Source of the DNA: Octopus sinensis
Lineage: Eukaryota
Length of the DNA: 64,000 bases
Direction: 5' to 3'
NCBI RefSeq assembly: GCF_006345805.1
Contig: NW_021833224.1
Location: forward strand, 1 to 64,000
Shown here: positions 26,183-39,219 of the stretch, one piece after another
Numbering within the stretch: the first letter of the stretch is position 1
How the letters are laid out: the number at the start of each line of letters is the position of its first letter
Translations under genes and position numbers: made by a program
The notes under the pieces: generated by a model
Seen by the model: the letters and a program-made list of their open reading frames with translations, nothing else
Databases searched by the model: none
What the model was told of the DNA's origin: nothing

Positions 26183-26191
26183 TACGTATAT

Positions 26192-26264
<73 letters not shown>

Positions 26265-26501
26265 ACGTATATATATATATTTATATATGTATATGCATAT
26301 ATGTGTATATATGTGTATGTATGGGTGTATATGTGTCTGAATGGGTGTGTATGTATATGTATGCATGAATTTATGTATATGTATATGTGTCTGTGTGTAT
26401 TCATGTTTATGTTTATGAGTGGGGCTTTAGGTGTCGATATATGTAAATCATATTTATATAGACAACTATGTAAAGTAGAATTTAGAAATGTTAACTTATA
26501 C

Positions 26502-26505
<4 letters not shown>

Positions 26506-26543
<38 letters not shown>

Positions 26544-27180
26544 TGTGTACAGTGCTCAGGTGCACTACAACTCATCTAAAGTGTATATATAATCAGGTGT
26601 AGTTTCGGCGGATTTCGGAAAGCATGAGGGCCTTAAAAGATGCAGTGTCATGGCAGTCAACAACTGACGCAGGCAGCTTATTCCATGCTTCAGCAACTCT
26701 GAGCGTGAAAAAATGTTTCCGAAAGTCATGGGAGCTGTATTGTTTTCTGACTTTGTAGGCATGTCCACGTGTGTTAGACACATGGAGATCAAAAAGGTGT
26801 TCAGTGTTGTTGTTGGTGAGGTGGTTGATAACTTTGTGGGTGTTTACCAAGTCCGTCGCCAAACGCCGGAGCTTCAGTGAATCCATGCCCAGGGAAACAA
26901 GGCGCTCAGAATATGGTAGGTGTCTGATGGAGGGTATGCGTTTGGTTGCACGTCTCTAGACAGATTCCAGGAGGTCAATGTTCTGTGCAAGATAGGGGTT
27001 CCAAACTGATGATGCGAATTCCAAGTGTGGCCGTACCATAGCTGTATACAGTTTTAAATAGATGGCTGGAGAGCGGCTAACAAAAGACCTGCTGAGTGAT
27101 GCCAAGACACCCTCGGCCTTCCTGACAATCTTAAGTAAGGTAGTAAAGAAGATTCGGTTTACGGAGCATAATGTCATGCA
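26506..27180 (-). mobile_element. 5'-truncated CR1-type LINE with (ATT)n tail
   Basis: LYTAMVRPHLEFASSVWNPY...LESV, RRLATDL, TRGHAYKV, FFTLRVAEAWNKLP. Confidence 0.92.
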
Positions 27181-27668
27181 CAGTTTTTGTTTGTATACTA
27201 TTGCTAAGCGTAATAATTTAGATTAGTCATTTTGTTTGAAGTGTATTTTATCTATCTACTGCACACACTCAAATTCCTAAAAGCGAAAATGCTCCTAACG
27301 GTTTAATAGAGATTTGCGTTATTTTTATTTACCAAAATGTTGTAACAAGGAACTTTCTCTTAAGTTCCCTGATGAAGCTGTTTTCCTAAATGCATTGTAT
27401 TGATTAATTATTTAATTATTTAATCATTTAATTATATAATCATAAACGGATATGCTCTTGGTAAATTAGCTGAAAGATGTGTCGGATATTTTATTTACTT
27501 ATTAATCTTTTGTGAACTTTATAGATATTAGGAGAAATAAATAATTAATTGCTATACCACTTTTCCATTGTGAACTTTATTTTATGCACACAGACACAGA
27601 CATATACACATACACACTCAGACACACACACACACACACACACACGCACACCACACACACACACATAT

Positions 27669-27884
27669 CTCTCTTTACTCTTTTACTTGTTTCAGTCATT
27701 TGACTGCGGCCATGCTGGAGCACCGCCTTTAATCGAGCAACTCGACCCCGGGACTTATACTTTTTGTAAGCCCAGTACTTATTCTATCGGTCTGTTTTGC
27801 CGAACCGCTAAGTAACGGGGACATAAACACACCAGCATCGGTTGTCAAGCAATGCTAGGGGGACAAACACAGACACACAAACAA

Positions 27885-27930
<46 letters not shown>

Positions 27931-28092
27931 GACAGGCTTCTTTCAGTTTCCGTCTACCAAATCCACTCACAAGGCATTGGTCGGCCCGCGACTATAGCAG
28001 AAGACACTTGTCCAAGATGCCACGCAGTGGGACTGAACCCGGAACCATGTGGTTGGTTAGCAAGATACTTACCACACAGCCACACCTGCGCC
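27669..28092 (-). mobile_element. SINE family A, full length
   Basis: Head and tail both present; internal (CA)/(TA) tract. Confidence 0.94.
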
Positions 28093-28232
<140 letters not shown>

Positions 28233-28339
28233 CACACAGATATTGAGGGTTTACCCGAAAGAAACCGGAATTTTACAATATTATTGTATTCATATAGTTT
28301 TACATGTTTACACTTTTATTGCCTTCAAAGTATTTTCTA

Positions 28340-28481
28340 CATTATTTACATTTGGCGGATATTTGTCCTCATCGTGTTTCTTGTTAACACAACGTTTCGG
28401 CTGATATACTCTCCAGCCTTCATCAGGAGTCTTGGGGAAATTTCGAACCTGGGTTCTCATTCCTAAGGTATTTTTCAATGC

Positions 28482-28522
<41 letters not shown>

Positions 28523-28663
28523 TATTATTACTATTATCATTATTATTATTATTTTGTCCAGGTCACTGCTTGGAATCGAACTCGGAAACTTGGGGTTAGT
28601 AGCTCTTAACCAGTACGCCATATGCCCGTGGGCATATGGCATAATGGTTAAATATAGAACTGG
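28340..28663 (-). mobile_element. tRNA-headed short retroelement with (AAT)n spacer and hammerhead-ribozyme tail, 13-bp TSD
   Basis: TSD aaagtattttcta at 28327-28339 and 28664-28676. A-box-like TGGCGTACTGG (28620-28610), B-box GAGTTCGATTCC (28583-28572), hammerhead at 28432-28386. Confidence 0.85.
28386..28432 (-). ncRNA. Minimal type I hammerhead ribozyme (Penelope-type)
   Basis: Minus strand: gactc CUGAUGA A GGCUG gagaguauau CAGCC GAAAC GUU gugtt. Core intact, stem II 5 bp, stem I with one mismatch. Confidence 0.8.
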
Positions 28664-29519
28664 AAAGTATTTTCTATTTGAAGCAATGCATCGGTCCAGA
28701 CGCGTTTTCTACTATTCGGTGCAGTGCTGAAACTCTTGCCAAGTGATTCCTTTTAATGCCTCCGTTGTTTTATTATTCACTTCTTCCACATCTGCAAATT
28801 CCGTAGCACCAAGTTTCGTCACCAATGATGACCTTTGAAAAATGGTCCGCATCAACTGCCCACTTTTCGTTCAATTCGCGACATGAATTCAGTCGTGTCT
28901 GCTTTTTCTTTTCCTAGATCAAGCGCAGCACAAATTTTGCTGCAACTCTTTTCATCCGCAGTTTCTCGCTTAGAATTCGTTGGCAGGAGCTCCAGGACAC
29001 CCCAATCATATCAACATGTTCATTTGTTCAGTAATCGTCCCCCAAGGCTAGCTCATGAATGTGTACGATGTTTTCATTTGCTCGGGAAGTCGTCGGTCGT
29101 CCTGAATGAGGTTGGTGTTCAGGTGGCAAGTAACCATTCATAACGCCTGGAAACCACTCGTAAACATGTGTTTTGCACATCGCAGCGTCCTTATAAGCTG
29201 TTTAAATCATGACAAATGTTTTGGCCGCCATTTTTCCCGGCAGAAAACAGAATTTCACGAAAGCACGCTTCGCTTCAGCCATCGCAAAAATCAACAAACA
29301 AGGGTGAAGCACTCCTAAACAAAACCACACTATGTGGAAGTAGGAGTACACTGGACGATGCCAGTCCATAGACTGATGCCTGAGGGTCACACAGAGAACG
29401 TTTCCAGTTACCTTTGTGTAGGCCCTTGGACATGTATATTTACACAAACACACAAACACACACACACACGCACACACACACACACACACGCACGCACACA
29501 CCACACACACACACACATG

Positions 29520-29735
29520 ATTATCCAATGGGCAATTATATTTAACCCTGGAGGAGCACCTATTTGTAGCCGTTGTTGGTGACCGGGTGTTGTGTAGCGT
29601 TTGTCCTGTCATTTCATTTATACTTGCTTGTGGATTCATCATTGGATAATCTTTGCATGTCTCACATCGTCTATAAATACACTGTGCACACGAGGGGAGG
29701 CCCTTATGTGTACGTTAGTGCCACGGCTGTGAGTG
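29520..29735. mobile_element. Penelope-like GIY-YIG fragment with internal inversion
   Basis: Minus strand ...RCSSRVKYNCPLDN joins plus strand LDNLCMSHIVYKYTV...YVYVSAT through a duplicated cattggataat. Confidence 0.7.
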
Positions 29736-30353
29736 TGTATGTGTGTGGTAGCGGTGGGGGGGTCTGTGATCATTGCGGGTGTGTACTTGTGTGAGTGTGT
29801 CTGTGGGTGTATCAGTGTGCGTGCGTGCGTGCGTGTGCTCCATGGTAGCAGTGCCGATCTGATGTTTGTATGTGTGTGTGGGTGGCTGAATCTTTATGTC
29901 CTGAGGTATGTATCTTTGTGTGTAGGTGTGTTTGTGTTTGTGTAGGTGTGTGCTGGCCTGTGACCACGAGTATAATTGTTAACGTGTGCGTCTGTATGTC
30001 TTTGCATTGATTTAAACGTATGAATGTGCGCGGCTGTTTGTCCGTGTATCTGACTAACTGTTAAACTATCTCAACGTAACGAAACTCAAATGTAAAGCTC
30101 CCAACTTAAAACCTTATTATCCCAATTGAGGAGTCTTCTTTGCACTGAGCGTTGCATCTGGTGTGGTGTCAATGCATCGTTCCACGCCCACAAGGGAGCA
30201 GTGCATCTGGAAGATTAAACAATTGTTGTGATTTTCGTATACATACATACATATATATAACATATACACATATATACATATATGTATGTGTATATATATC
30301 AATATCTATATCTAAATCTAAATATATACATATATATATATATATTATATATA

Positions 30354-30400
<47 letters not shown>

Positions 30401-30788
30401 ATATATAATATATGTGTGTATATATGTGTGTATGTATGTATTATATATATGTGCGTATGTATGTATGTATGTATGTATTTATGCATGTATGTATGCATGT
30501 TGTTTGTATGTATGTATATGCATTATTTCCACACCAACCGAATAAGTAATTATGAAGCTTGAATGTTTTATTTCTTTAACTTTAATGATATATGTGATAG
30601 AAAATACTGAGCCCAGCCAACACATTTCCAAGAGCTGTAAGTTTTCACGGTAAAAGAGTCACATGTTAATGAGGTGTATTCAGCTCGAGGGCCACAGTTC
30701 AGCTACCCTGCTCTATTGAGCTATTATTGAAGCACCACTGAATTTTGAAAATGGAAGACAGAAAGCACTCGAAGTTAAAATTTCCAGA

Positions 30789-31186
30789 GGCGCAGGAGTG
30801 GCTCTGTGGTAAGTAGCATTTTTACCAACCACATGGTTCTGGGTTCAGTCCCACTGCGTGGCACCTTGGGCAAGTGTCTTCTACTATAGCCTTGTGAGTG
30901 GATTTGGGAGATGGAAACTGAAAGAAGCCCGTCGTATATATGTATATATATGCGTGTGTGTGTGTTTGTGTGTCTGTGTTTGTCCCCCTAGATTTGCTTG
31001 ACAACCGATGCTGGTGTGTTTATGTCCCAGTTACTTAGCGGTTCGGCAAAACAGACCGATAGAATAAGTACTGGGCTTACAAAAGAATAAGTCCCGAGGT
31101 CGAGTTGCTCGATTAAAGGCGGTGCTCCAGCATGGCCGCAGTCAAATGACTGAAACAAGTAAAAGAGTAAAAAGAGTAAAAGAGAG
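30789..31186 (+). mobile_element. SINE family A, full length
   Basis: Head and tail match the other copies. Confidence 0.93.
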
Positions 31187-31989
31187 ATTGTCTCCTCTTT
31201 CCAAACTCTGACAGGTGAGGGAAGAACTCTCCCGTTCAAAACCTATGGGTGTTGTTATCAGGCGTTGGATGGTTATACGAAGGTAGGAATGCACTGGTCT
31301 TACCAAATGGTCGCTTTTATATTGTGGCAAAAGCATTACTTATAGTTCTTATGAGCTGTTGCGTCTATACATTTTGTAGAGAAGAGTCACTGCAGCAGTG
31401 TGTCTCCCGTGTTGAAGGGATATGAAAGGAACGTTCACAGATTTTCTTTTCCTTAATATAGTCACGTTTGTATTGGGGCTCAGGCAGTCACAAGAGTATT
31501 TCTTTTTACCTCAGTGTTGGGATTTCGTTGCTGTATTTATGCTCTGATTCACATCAATCATTAACCAACACACTGTTCTTTTCTGTTTTTATTCTCATTC
31601 AAATTATGTAAACTCCACCCTTCTTACTATATTCTGTAGTCTGACATAATATACTGTGTTCAGTTCAACTGGTTAATCTTGATTCACTCCTTGTTAAAAC
31701 ACTATTTCTAACTAAATATAGTTTAAATGGATACATATAATAACACTTGTTATCTTACAACTTATAAAACCACTTCGATATGAATACCTTAAGATGTAAC
31801 TCAATATGGTTCTTAAATTGTTATTTTTCATGTTCTTAAACTGATATTTTCGGTTACTTATATTTATGCCAAATATTATACTATATTCTTTTATACAAGT
31901 ATATATATGTGTGTGTGTGTGTGCGTGTCTGTATATATGTGGGTGTGTGTGCGTGTGTGTGTATGTGTGTGCATGTATATATATATATA

Positions 31990-32060
31990 TTAAATTAGAG
32001 ATAAAACCACTATTAGGCAAATCAAACAGTGAAAATCATAAACCAAAACAGAAATAAATT
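31990..32060 (+). repeat. Fragment of AT-rich repeat shared with 44818-44875
   Basis: aaattagagataaaaccactatta.gcaa.tcaaac...cataaaccaaaac. Confidence 0.75.
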
Positions 32061-32158
32061 TAATTAATATAATATACAAAATTTAAATTATTTAAATAAA
32101 AGTTAAAAATTAAAAAATGTTTAAATTATTAATTTATACTTATAAATTTATATATATA

Positions 32159-32316
32159 GGCGCAGGAGTGGCTGTGTGGTAAGTAGCTTGCTAACCAACC
32201 ACATGGTTCGGGTTCAGTCCCACTGCGCAAGTGTCTTCTGCTATAGCCCCGGGCCGACCAATGCCTTGTGAGTGGATTTGGCAGACGGAAACTGAAAGAA
32301 GCCTGTCGTATATATG

Positions 32317-32347
<31 letters not shown>

Positions 32348-32410
32348 GTGTTTGTGTGTCTGTGTTTGTCCCCCTAGATTTCCTTGACAACCGATGGTGG
32401 TGTGTTTATG
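32159..32410 (+). mobile_element. SINE family A, 5' two-thirds
   Basis: Match to family head and middle. Confidence 0.9.
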
Positions 32411-32830
32411 TAAGTGGCTTGAGAGGTCTTTATAGAGACCACAAAATAATTAATTAATTAAGTAAAGAAGAGGTATTAAATTAATTCTACATAATAGTAA
32501 TCTTCTTTTAATATTTAAATTGATCTATATACACTTTTAGCTAATTTAGCTATGATATCACATTCGTGAATTTTTTAAACTTTATTTTATTTTCATATAA
32601 CATAACAATATTGTTTATAAACGTTCTCCCATTGAACCTCTAATGTTTTCCTCAATCTCATTATAGCATTTTAATGTCACCCCTACCCTACCTCTTTTAT
32701 AGACAGCTACTTCTATCTAATTGACTCTTTCTAAAGTTTTGTTTCTTTTTTCTTGAGGGTAAAGGGGTACCTGTGATAATATCTATGACCAGTAGCTAGC
32801 CATGAACTCACTTTTGCTCTTTATCCTAAA

Positions 32831-34450
32831 CTAGCAGAGATACCCGGCGTTGCCCGGTTACATTCAATAGAAGAATTAGACTTTTCTGTTATATATATAT
32901 ATATATGGATATATACACACACACACACACACACACAATATATGTATATTAATATAAATACATGAAAGTACATGAAGTTTGTTAAAAAAAAGGGGATCAT
33001 GTATATACCTCCTGGCTGTTGAGATTATAACACCTCGTTGTAAACAATGTTCCTTGTTTTTCCTTGTGGAGCATATACAAAAAGGTTTCTTTTGGTTCCT
33101 ACTCTTGAGCTGCCAACATACAGTTGCCTATGCGAGAAGCAGGGCTCTTCCAAGAGAAGACCAGCTACAGAGAGGGTTTGAAACTGAGATTTGTTAATGG
33201 ACATGGCAAAGCTGACACGAAGGGGGAATTGCAGTCTTCTGAATGTAAATGGAATTTCTGCTCCTGATGGGGTAAGAGGAAATCTTGTAATAAAGGCGTC
33301 ATCACCTTTTCCACATCCAGAAAGAATGATCGCCTCGATGACGTGTAATATCATTTTCTTTATCACCAGTCGTGTTCCATTTCAAAATCTTGGTGGTTCC
33401 AGATTGCGGAGTAGCATTACAGGAGTTCCAACTTTAAGTGGTAATATGTGTGGAGGTAGTCGAGGAGGGCTCCAGTGAATTGAGAAATTCAGGAGGATAG
33501 TTCACAACTTCATTTATATCTGGAATTGTATCAACAGACTTGTAAGTGTGTATAGTGCCGGGAAGAGAATGCATTAGCTGTTGATTAATTTTTTTAACAG
33601 CGACGTTTTTTGGAGCTAATATTGCTCTTTCACACAGCCAATTGTGATTTTGGTAGTTTTGTGTGAAGTTGGGAAAGACTTTGTTTTTGAGGTCATCTAC
33701 AGAATTAACAACAGAGAAAAATGACCACACTTCCATTTGTTCTGCAGCATCGAGAGGCATCTTGCCTTCACCAAGTGTCAAAATGTTCTGTGCAAACTTT
33801 GTGGACATTTTGTCGCCGTGTAGCTGAGCTCTCATGTTAGTGGTGAGACTAAAGATTGTAATATGATGCCACAGGGTAGAGGACTTTAGGCATGCTTGAA
33901 CTTCATCAGCTTTAGTGCCTTTCGGAATGACAGGAAGAGTTTGCCTGAAATCACCTGACAACAGAAGCGTTACACCTCCCATTGGAGCCTGACAGTCTCG
34001 GATGTCTTTCAGGGCTCTATCTAATGCTTTCAAAGCTCCCTTGTGAGCCATAGTGCACTCATCCCAGACAATTACATAACACATTTTAAGTATTTGTCCC
34101 TGATCTGAGCTTTTGTTGATGTTGCATGAAGGCATTTCGGATGCTGCTAAATTGAGAGGGAGTTTAAAAGTTGAGTGTGCTGCCCTGTCACCGGGTAACA
34201 AAGTAGCTGCAATGCCAGAGGAGGCTACAGCTACTGCAATGTCCTGATGCTACCTAAATTCTGCAAGGAGAAGCTTTGTAATAAATGCTTTTCCTGTCCC
34301 TCCAGGAGCATCGAGGAAGAAGATTCGTCCTTCGCGTTGGCGTACACTGTTAAGAATAGTTCTGTAGGCCTGCAGCTGGTCCGGAAGTAATTTAGGCTCA
34401 TTTTCAACAATGTACTTTGAAAGCGCTTGAGTGTCGTAGGTTGTATATAT
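32831..34450 (-). mobile_element. Helitron 3' part: Pif1 helicase pseudogene plus hairpin-CTAG terminus
   Basis: LDAPGGTGK, IVWDECTM, LLSGDFRQTLPV, QFPLRVSFAMSINKSQ, QLYVGSSRV. Terminus ccgggcaacgccggg...gCTAG at 32857-32831. Confidence 0.95.
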
Positions 34451-34457
34451 GTATAAT

Positions 34458-34588
34458 ATCCACTGAGAAGGCTTTTGTTGTTCTGAAGCTACAGCAGAAG
34501 ACACATGCCAAGTCACCACACAGTGGGACTGAACCCAGGACCATGTGTTTGGAACGTAGTTTGTTACCACACAGCCACACCTGCCCCT
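34458..34588 (-). mobile_element. SINE family A head, diverged
   Basis: Reverse-complement match to the family head. Confidence 0.8.
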
Positions 34589-35869
34589 ATGTATGTGTGT
34601 GTGTGTGCGTATGTGTGTATGGGTAGATATATTATCCATGTATATATATGTATATATATGTGTGTACATATTACATGTACATCTATATATATACATCTAC
34701 ACATAAAATACAAAATACTAAGTTATATCTTGATATCGCTAGTGATAACAATACTCAAAATATATAACAGACTGGAATTGTAGGCCCGTCTCTTGTAATT
34801 TCGATCAATTGGATCTTGTCCTCCCTCTTGTATAGAAGTGTACGGCTGCAGCGAAATTCATTATTGGACTTTCTTCTATCGAAGGCATTTAAACAAAAAT
34901 CCTTCCGTAAAGACGGTGAAAATATTGTCAATTTCCCCAAACAGGGACACAATTCAATTTTTAAACAATAACCAAAGCTCCTTCTCCGAAAGGGGGAGGG
35001 TTACGGTTTACAATTATTTAACAAATGCAACACAACAACGTTTCCCTGACGAGGAACCAACAAACGTGATTACAATAGTTAAACAGTAATAATAACAACA
35101 AACCTTTTTAATTTATCCCCATTTATGTGAAACCACTTATTCAAGTTCAAGTCATTGATGCAATATTATACGAATTGCTAATACACACACACACATAATA
35201 AGGGTGAAAAATTGAATATTAATTTGATTAATATGAATTGAAAACCAGTGGTGTAACATAATACCATAGCATATCTTCCTCTAGCAAAAACGATGACCAC
35301 TATTAATGGCTCATCCCTATTATATAATAGTTTCACTTTAATAGTTTCACACCTGCAAAGAGAAAGTAGGAGAAAGTGTGGTGGTAATAGCAACAGTAAA
35401 CCACTTGAAATGAGAGAGGCAAATCGTAAAATATTGAGTTTTCTTGAATTTTTACTTAATTGGGGGTCAAATTGAAAAAAACTTTACATGCCATGACCCA
35501 ATCGAATCTACTTGGAAAAATCATAGGTAAATTCCAATTGAAGAAATTCTATATCGTAGAATTGTACTAAAAAGAAGCATGGGAACAGACAGAGAAAATC
35601 TGCCTTTTATCATAAGAGATGTACACAGTCTTCTAGTCTTAGATTTTAGTTGATGATAAAGAGATAGATAAACTGGAAGTAAATTATGACCATATGACCA
35701 CCATTGTGTTCCATACTGTTCTTAGAAATTGTAGTCTGTTCTCTTAGCAATTCTTGCTACAATAGCGACAGCATGAATTTCTTCCATCCCCTTGCTCTGT
35801 TAAAATATCTAAGAAAAATTTTATTAATGTATATTGTCTGTTGAAGTTCTATATTTGTGCATAATAATA

Positions 35870-35997
35870 GCCAAAAAATTATTATTATTATTTGCTATTA
35901 TTATTAATAGTGTTATTATTATTATTTTATTATTGTTGTTATTAACACGAACCGCGCCATTTCAATTATTATTATTATTATATTATTATTATTATTA

Positions 35998-36030
<33 letters not shown>

Positions 36031-36038
36031 CATCATTA

Positions 36039-36122
<84 letters not shown>

Positions 36123-36140
36123 TATTATTATTATTTATGT
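35870..36140. repeat. (ATT)n microsatellite
   Basis: Direct sequence. Confidence 0.96.
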
Positions 36141-36414
36141 TTATATCGTTTTTTTATTAATTATCTCCCAATATTTGTTTTTTTCCTTTTGCAAAATGTT
36201 TATTAGTTAAATTGAAAATAGTTTTTACTATGTTATTTTTATTTGCATATCGAAAGGGATTATTAACCATAAAGTATCTATCTCATTATTTTCCTTATAA
36301 AGGTTTCTTATATTATGTGTAAATTCTCTGTTATTCTTATTTTTATATTTAATAATATTCTTTTTGTTATAATTATTTCTATTATTACTAATGATTTTAT
36401 TATTGTTATAATCA

Positions 36415-37094
36415 TTGTTGAGATGGATTTGTGTATCATGAATACAATGTTTCAACGAAAGAGTAAGTGTAAAACGACATGGATGCACCCTGGTTCTAAG
36501 AAATGGCACCTTGTAGATTACATACTCTCCAGAATACGAGATACTAGGGACTTTGCTATTGTACCAGTGATATGTGGTATAGAGTGCTGGACTGATCATA
36601 GGCTTTTGCGTGCCAAGGTGAATTTTGCTCTCAAGCCTATGGTTAGAGCAAATAATGACAAGTTACCTAATCGGATTGATGTCAATAAATTTAAGACTCC
36701 ATCAGTACGCAATGAGTTTGTGATGGGAGTTGTGATGGAATTTGTTCTGTGGTGGAAGCTGGAAGTCATTCAAAGAAAGAGTGTACAAGATTTGTAGTAA
36801 CATTCTTGGGTTTGTTGCAAAAAAACACCAAGATTGGTTTGACAATAATGATGAAGTTAGTTTTATCTTAGAGGAGAAGCAAAAGGCATTTAACATGTTG
36901 CAAAATATTGACCTGTCAGCAAACAGGACAGTGGCTACACACTTCAAGGCAGTAAAAGCAACAGTGCAGACGAAGCTGAGGATGATGCAGGAAAATTGAT
37001 GGAGTGATAGATGCAATGAAATCCAAGAAGTTTCAAATGCTAACAATTCCAAACTTTTTTACTCTCTCTCTCCTTTTCTCTCTCTCTCTCTCTC

Positions 37095-37129
<35 letters not shown>

Positions 37130-38010
37130 AAAAAGTTTCTGGACCAGTGTCATCAAGGTTGCGCCGCTTCGAAGCAAGGATGGTACAGAATTATTAACAA
37201 ATCCTAAAGATATTGTTGAGAGATGGAAAGAAGATTTTGACGATTTGCTCAATAGACCCACTAAAGTTGACCTCTCTTTTCTTGATAATATATCTGAGAG
37301 ACCAACAACACATCTTATAGCAGAAGTTCCAAACCTGGTTGAAATAAAAGCAGCAATCAGGAAATTGAACAATAGAAATGCTCATGGCATGGATGGACTA
37401 GGTACAGAGATATCTAAATATGGTGGTGATCATCACTGTACAATGTTGACGGATGTGATTCAGAGGGTTTGGCATAGTGAAGAAGTTCCTCCGGATTGGC
37501 GTGATGCAACTATGGAAACGATGTCTGTGATAATTATCGCGGCATCTGTCTGTTAGCTGTTGCTGGAAAGGCCCTTTGTAGGGTATTGCTGGACAGATTG
37601 TTTCTGCACATTGCTGATGAGGTTCTACCAGAATCGCAATGTGAGTTTAGGGATAGTAGGAGTACTATGGATATGATATTTTTAGCAAGAGAAGTGCATC
37701 GAACAGGATATGGACTTATACCTGATTTTCAATGATCTAAGAAAAGCGTTTGATTCTATCAATGGAATTGCACTTTCGGAGATCCTGAAAAAGCTAGGAT
37801 TCCCTGAAAAATTTGTAAGAATGCTTAGACAATTACATGACAATATGAAAGTGAGAGCTAATGTTGGAGGTACCTTATCAGATCCAATTTCTCTAGAAAA
37901 TGGTGTAAAACAAGGTGATATTCCTGCTCCGACATTGTTTGCTATGTATTTTGCAATAGTCTTTCAAATAGCTTTTGAAGATTGCACTGAAGTGATCTAT
38001 ATAATATATA
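36415..38010 (+). mobile_element. Degraded RTE LINE, APE C-half to RT
   Basis: TWMHPGSKKWHLVDYI, CWTDHRLL, HQDWFDNND, FNDLRKAFDS, GVKQGDIPAPTLF. Confidence 0.9.
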
Positions 38011-38450
38011 GTTGGAGCATATGCACTAATGAGTGTTGCATAGCGACCTTTTCTTAATGGAGGTCTTGAAGACATCAAACGATCAGAATTATCACAAGGT
38101 TTGAAACCAAAGTGGTTTTGATAGTAAATCCCACTCTTGATTCTCTCTTATAGGTCTCCTCTCTACTGCTCCAAAATAAATGATACACAGCAGATTTCTC
38201 TACCAAACCCCACTTTCCATGAATTTTTGTTTCGGCTAACTCTACGACATTCATGTCGCTGTAACTCTTTTTCAACAAGCGCGGATCTCCTCTCCGGACG
38301 AGATTTCAGACAATCATTGTCTAACATTCGAACATTCCAACATCCTATATTCATAGGCTTGCATCTTCACCTGAATTTACTCACAGTTGCAAGATGACGA
38401 CCAGACCCAGGTTGCCGTGCCCTGGGACACCTGCCGGGCAAAACCACAAA
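38010..38450 (-). mobile_element. RTE LINE APE N-half, opposite orientation
   Basis: MNIGCWNVR..RPERRSALVEKELQR, ATLISAYAPT. Confidence 0.88.
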
Positions 38451-38879
38451 ACAAAATGTTCCAGATCCCTTTTTGTCATTTGCTTCAGTATCAATATGAA
38501 CTTTCATTGTTTAGTTGTGCCTTTTTAAGTTTTGGCCAACCATGTACATACAAGATGTTCATTTTCTTTTCCTCTCCAGCAATACCTGTGCCTGACACAT
38601 TTTAAAATGAGGAAGAGTGTTGCACAGCAACCATTCCCTCTCTCTAAACTACAATGCATGAGCCAAATAATAAGTCGACATAATTGGGTGCATTTGCAGT
38701 CGCAGATTTTATATCCGAGTGTCCTTCTCTGAATCTTTGCTCAGCCAAATGCTAACTACAAGACAGCAGTGAAGTATTTAAATTCAGAGTTACTTTCTCC
38801 TAGATAGACTACCTTCGCGACGACTTGGGTAAGCAGAGGAACCCTATCCAACCTTCATCTATTTATTTAAGAAACAAAA

Positions 38880-39218
38880 AATAAAATTAAGAATAAAATT
38901 GACATACAATATATACAATGTAAAACACAATATGCAATATGCACACAAACAGCTTGAAATACAATATATACAGTACATACAGATAGGCACACAGTTTTTA
39001 AATGCAATATTTACAATACATACACACAAACTTAAACACTCCACACGCACCACCACAAACATACGTTGTTGAATGGCCGTTGACTACGCTGTAGTTCCTC
39101 CGCCCTTTGACATGTCTTATTTTCTGTCCCGCAGGGCATCCAGCAAATACCCACCTCACCAAGCAAGCCATTGTGGGGTTACCGGTTTAATCGCCGACAA
39201 CCCGACCATATAACAGGT
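38880..39218. repeat. Dispersed repeat (CA-rich tract + ~150-bp unique part), paralog 57200-57475
   Basis: gttgaatggccgttgactacg.tgtagttcctcc...accaagcaagc...tcgccgac.acccgacca...aacaggt in both copies. Confidence 0.88.
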
Positions 39219-39219
39219 T

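Larger units (their letters stand above)
28241..29430 (-). mobile_element. Internally deleted mariner (Tc1/mariner) transposon, interrupted by 28340-28663
   Basis: AFVKFCFLPGK...VYEWF...SGRPTTS, KRVAAKFV and C-terminal CIASNRKYFEG. Diverged TIRs at ~28243-28270 and ~29401-29428. Confidence 0.85.

Noticed and set aside
27349-27400. Hairpin GGAACT/AGTTCC followed by CTGATGA
   Set aside because: No NUH before the stem and no downstream stem II or GAAA; at most a truncated remnant.
35035-35065. CTGACGAGG near aacgtttc
   Set aside because: The two motif halves lie on opposite strands; no hammerhead topology.
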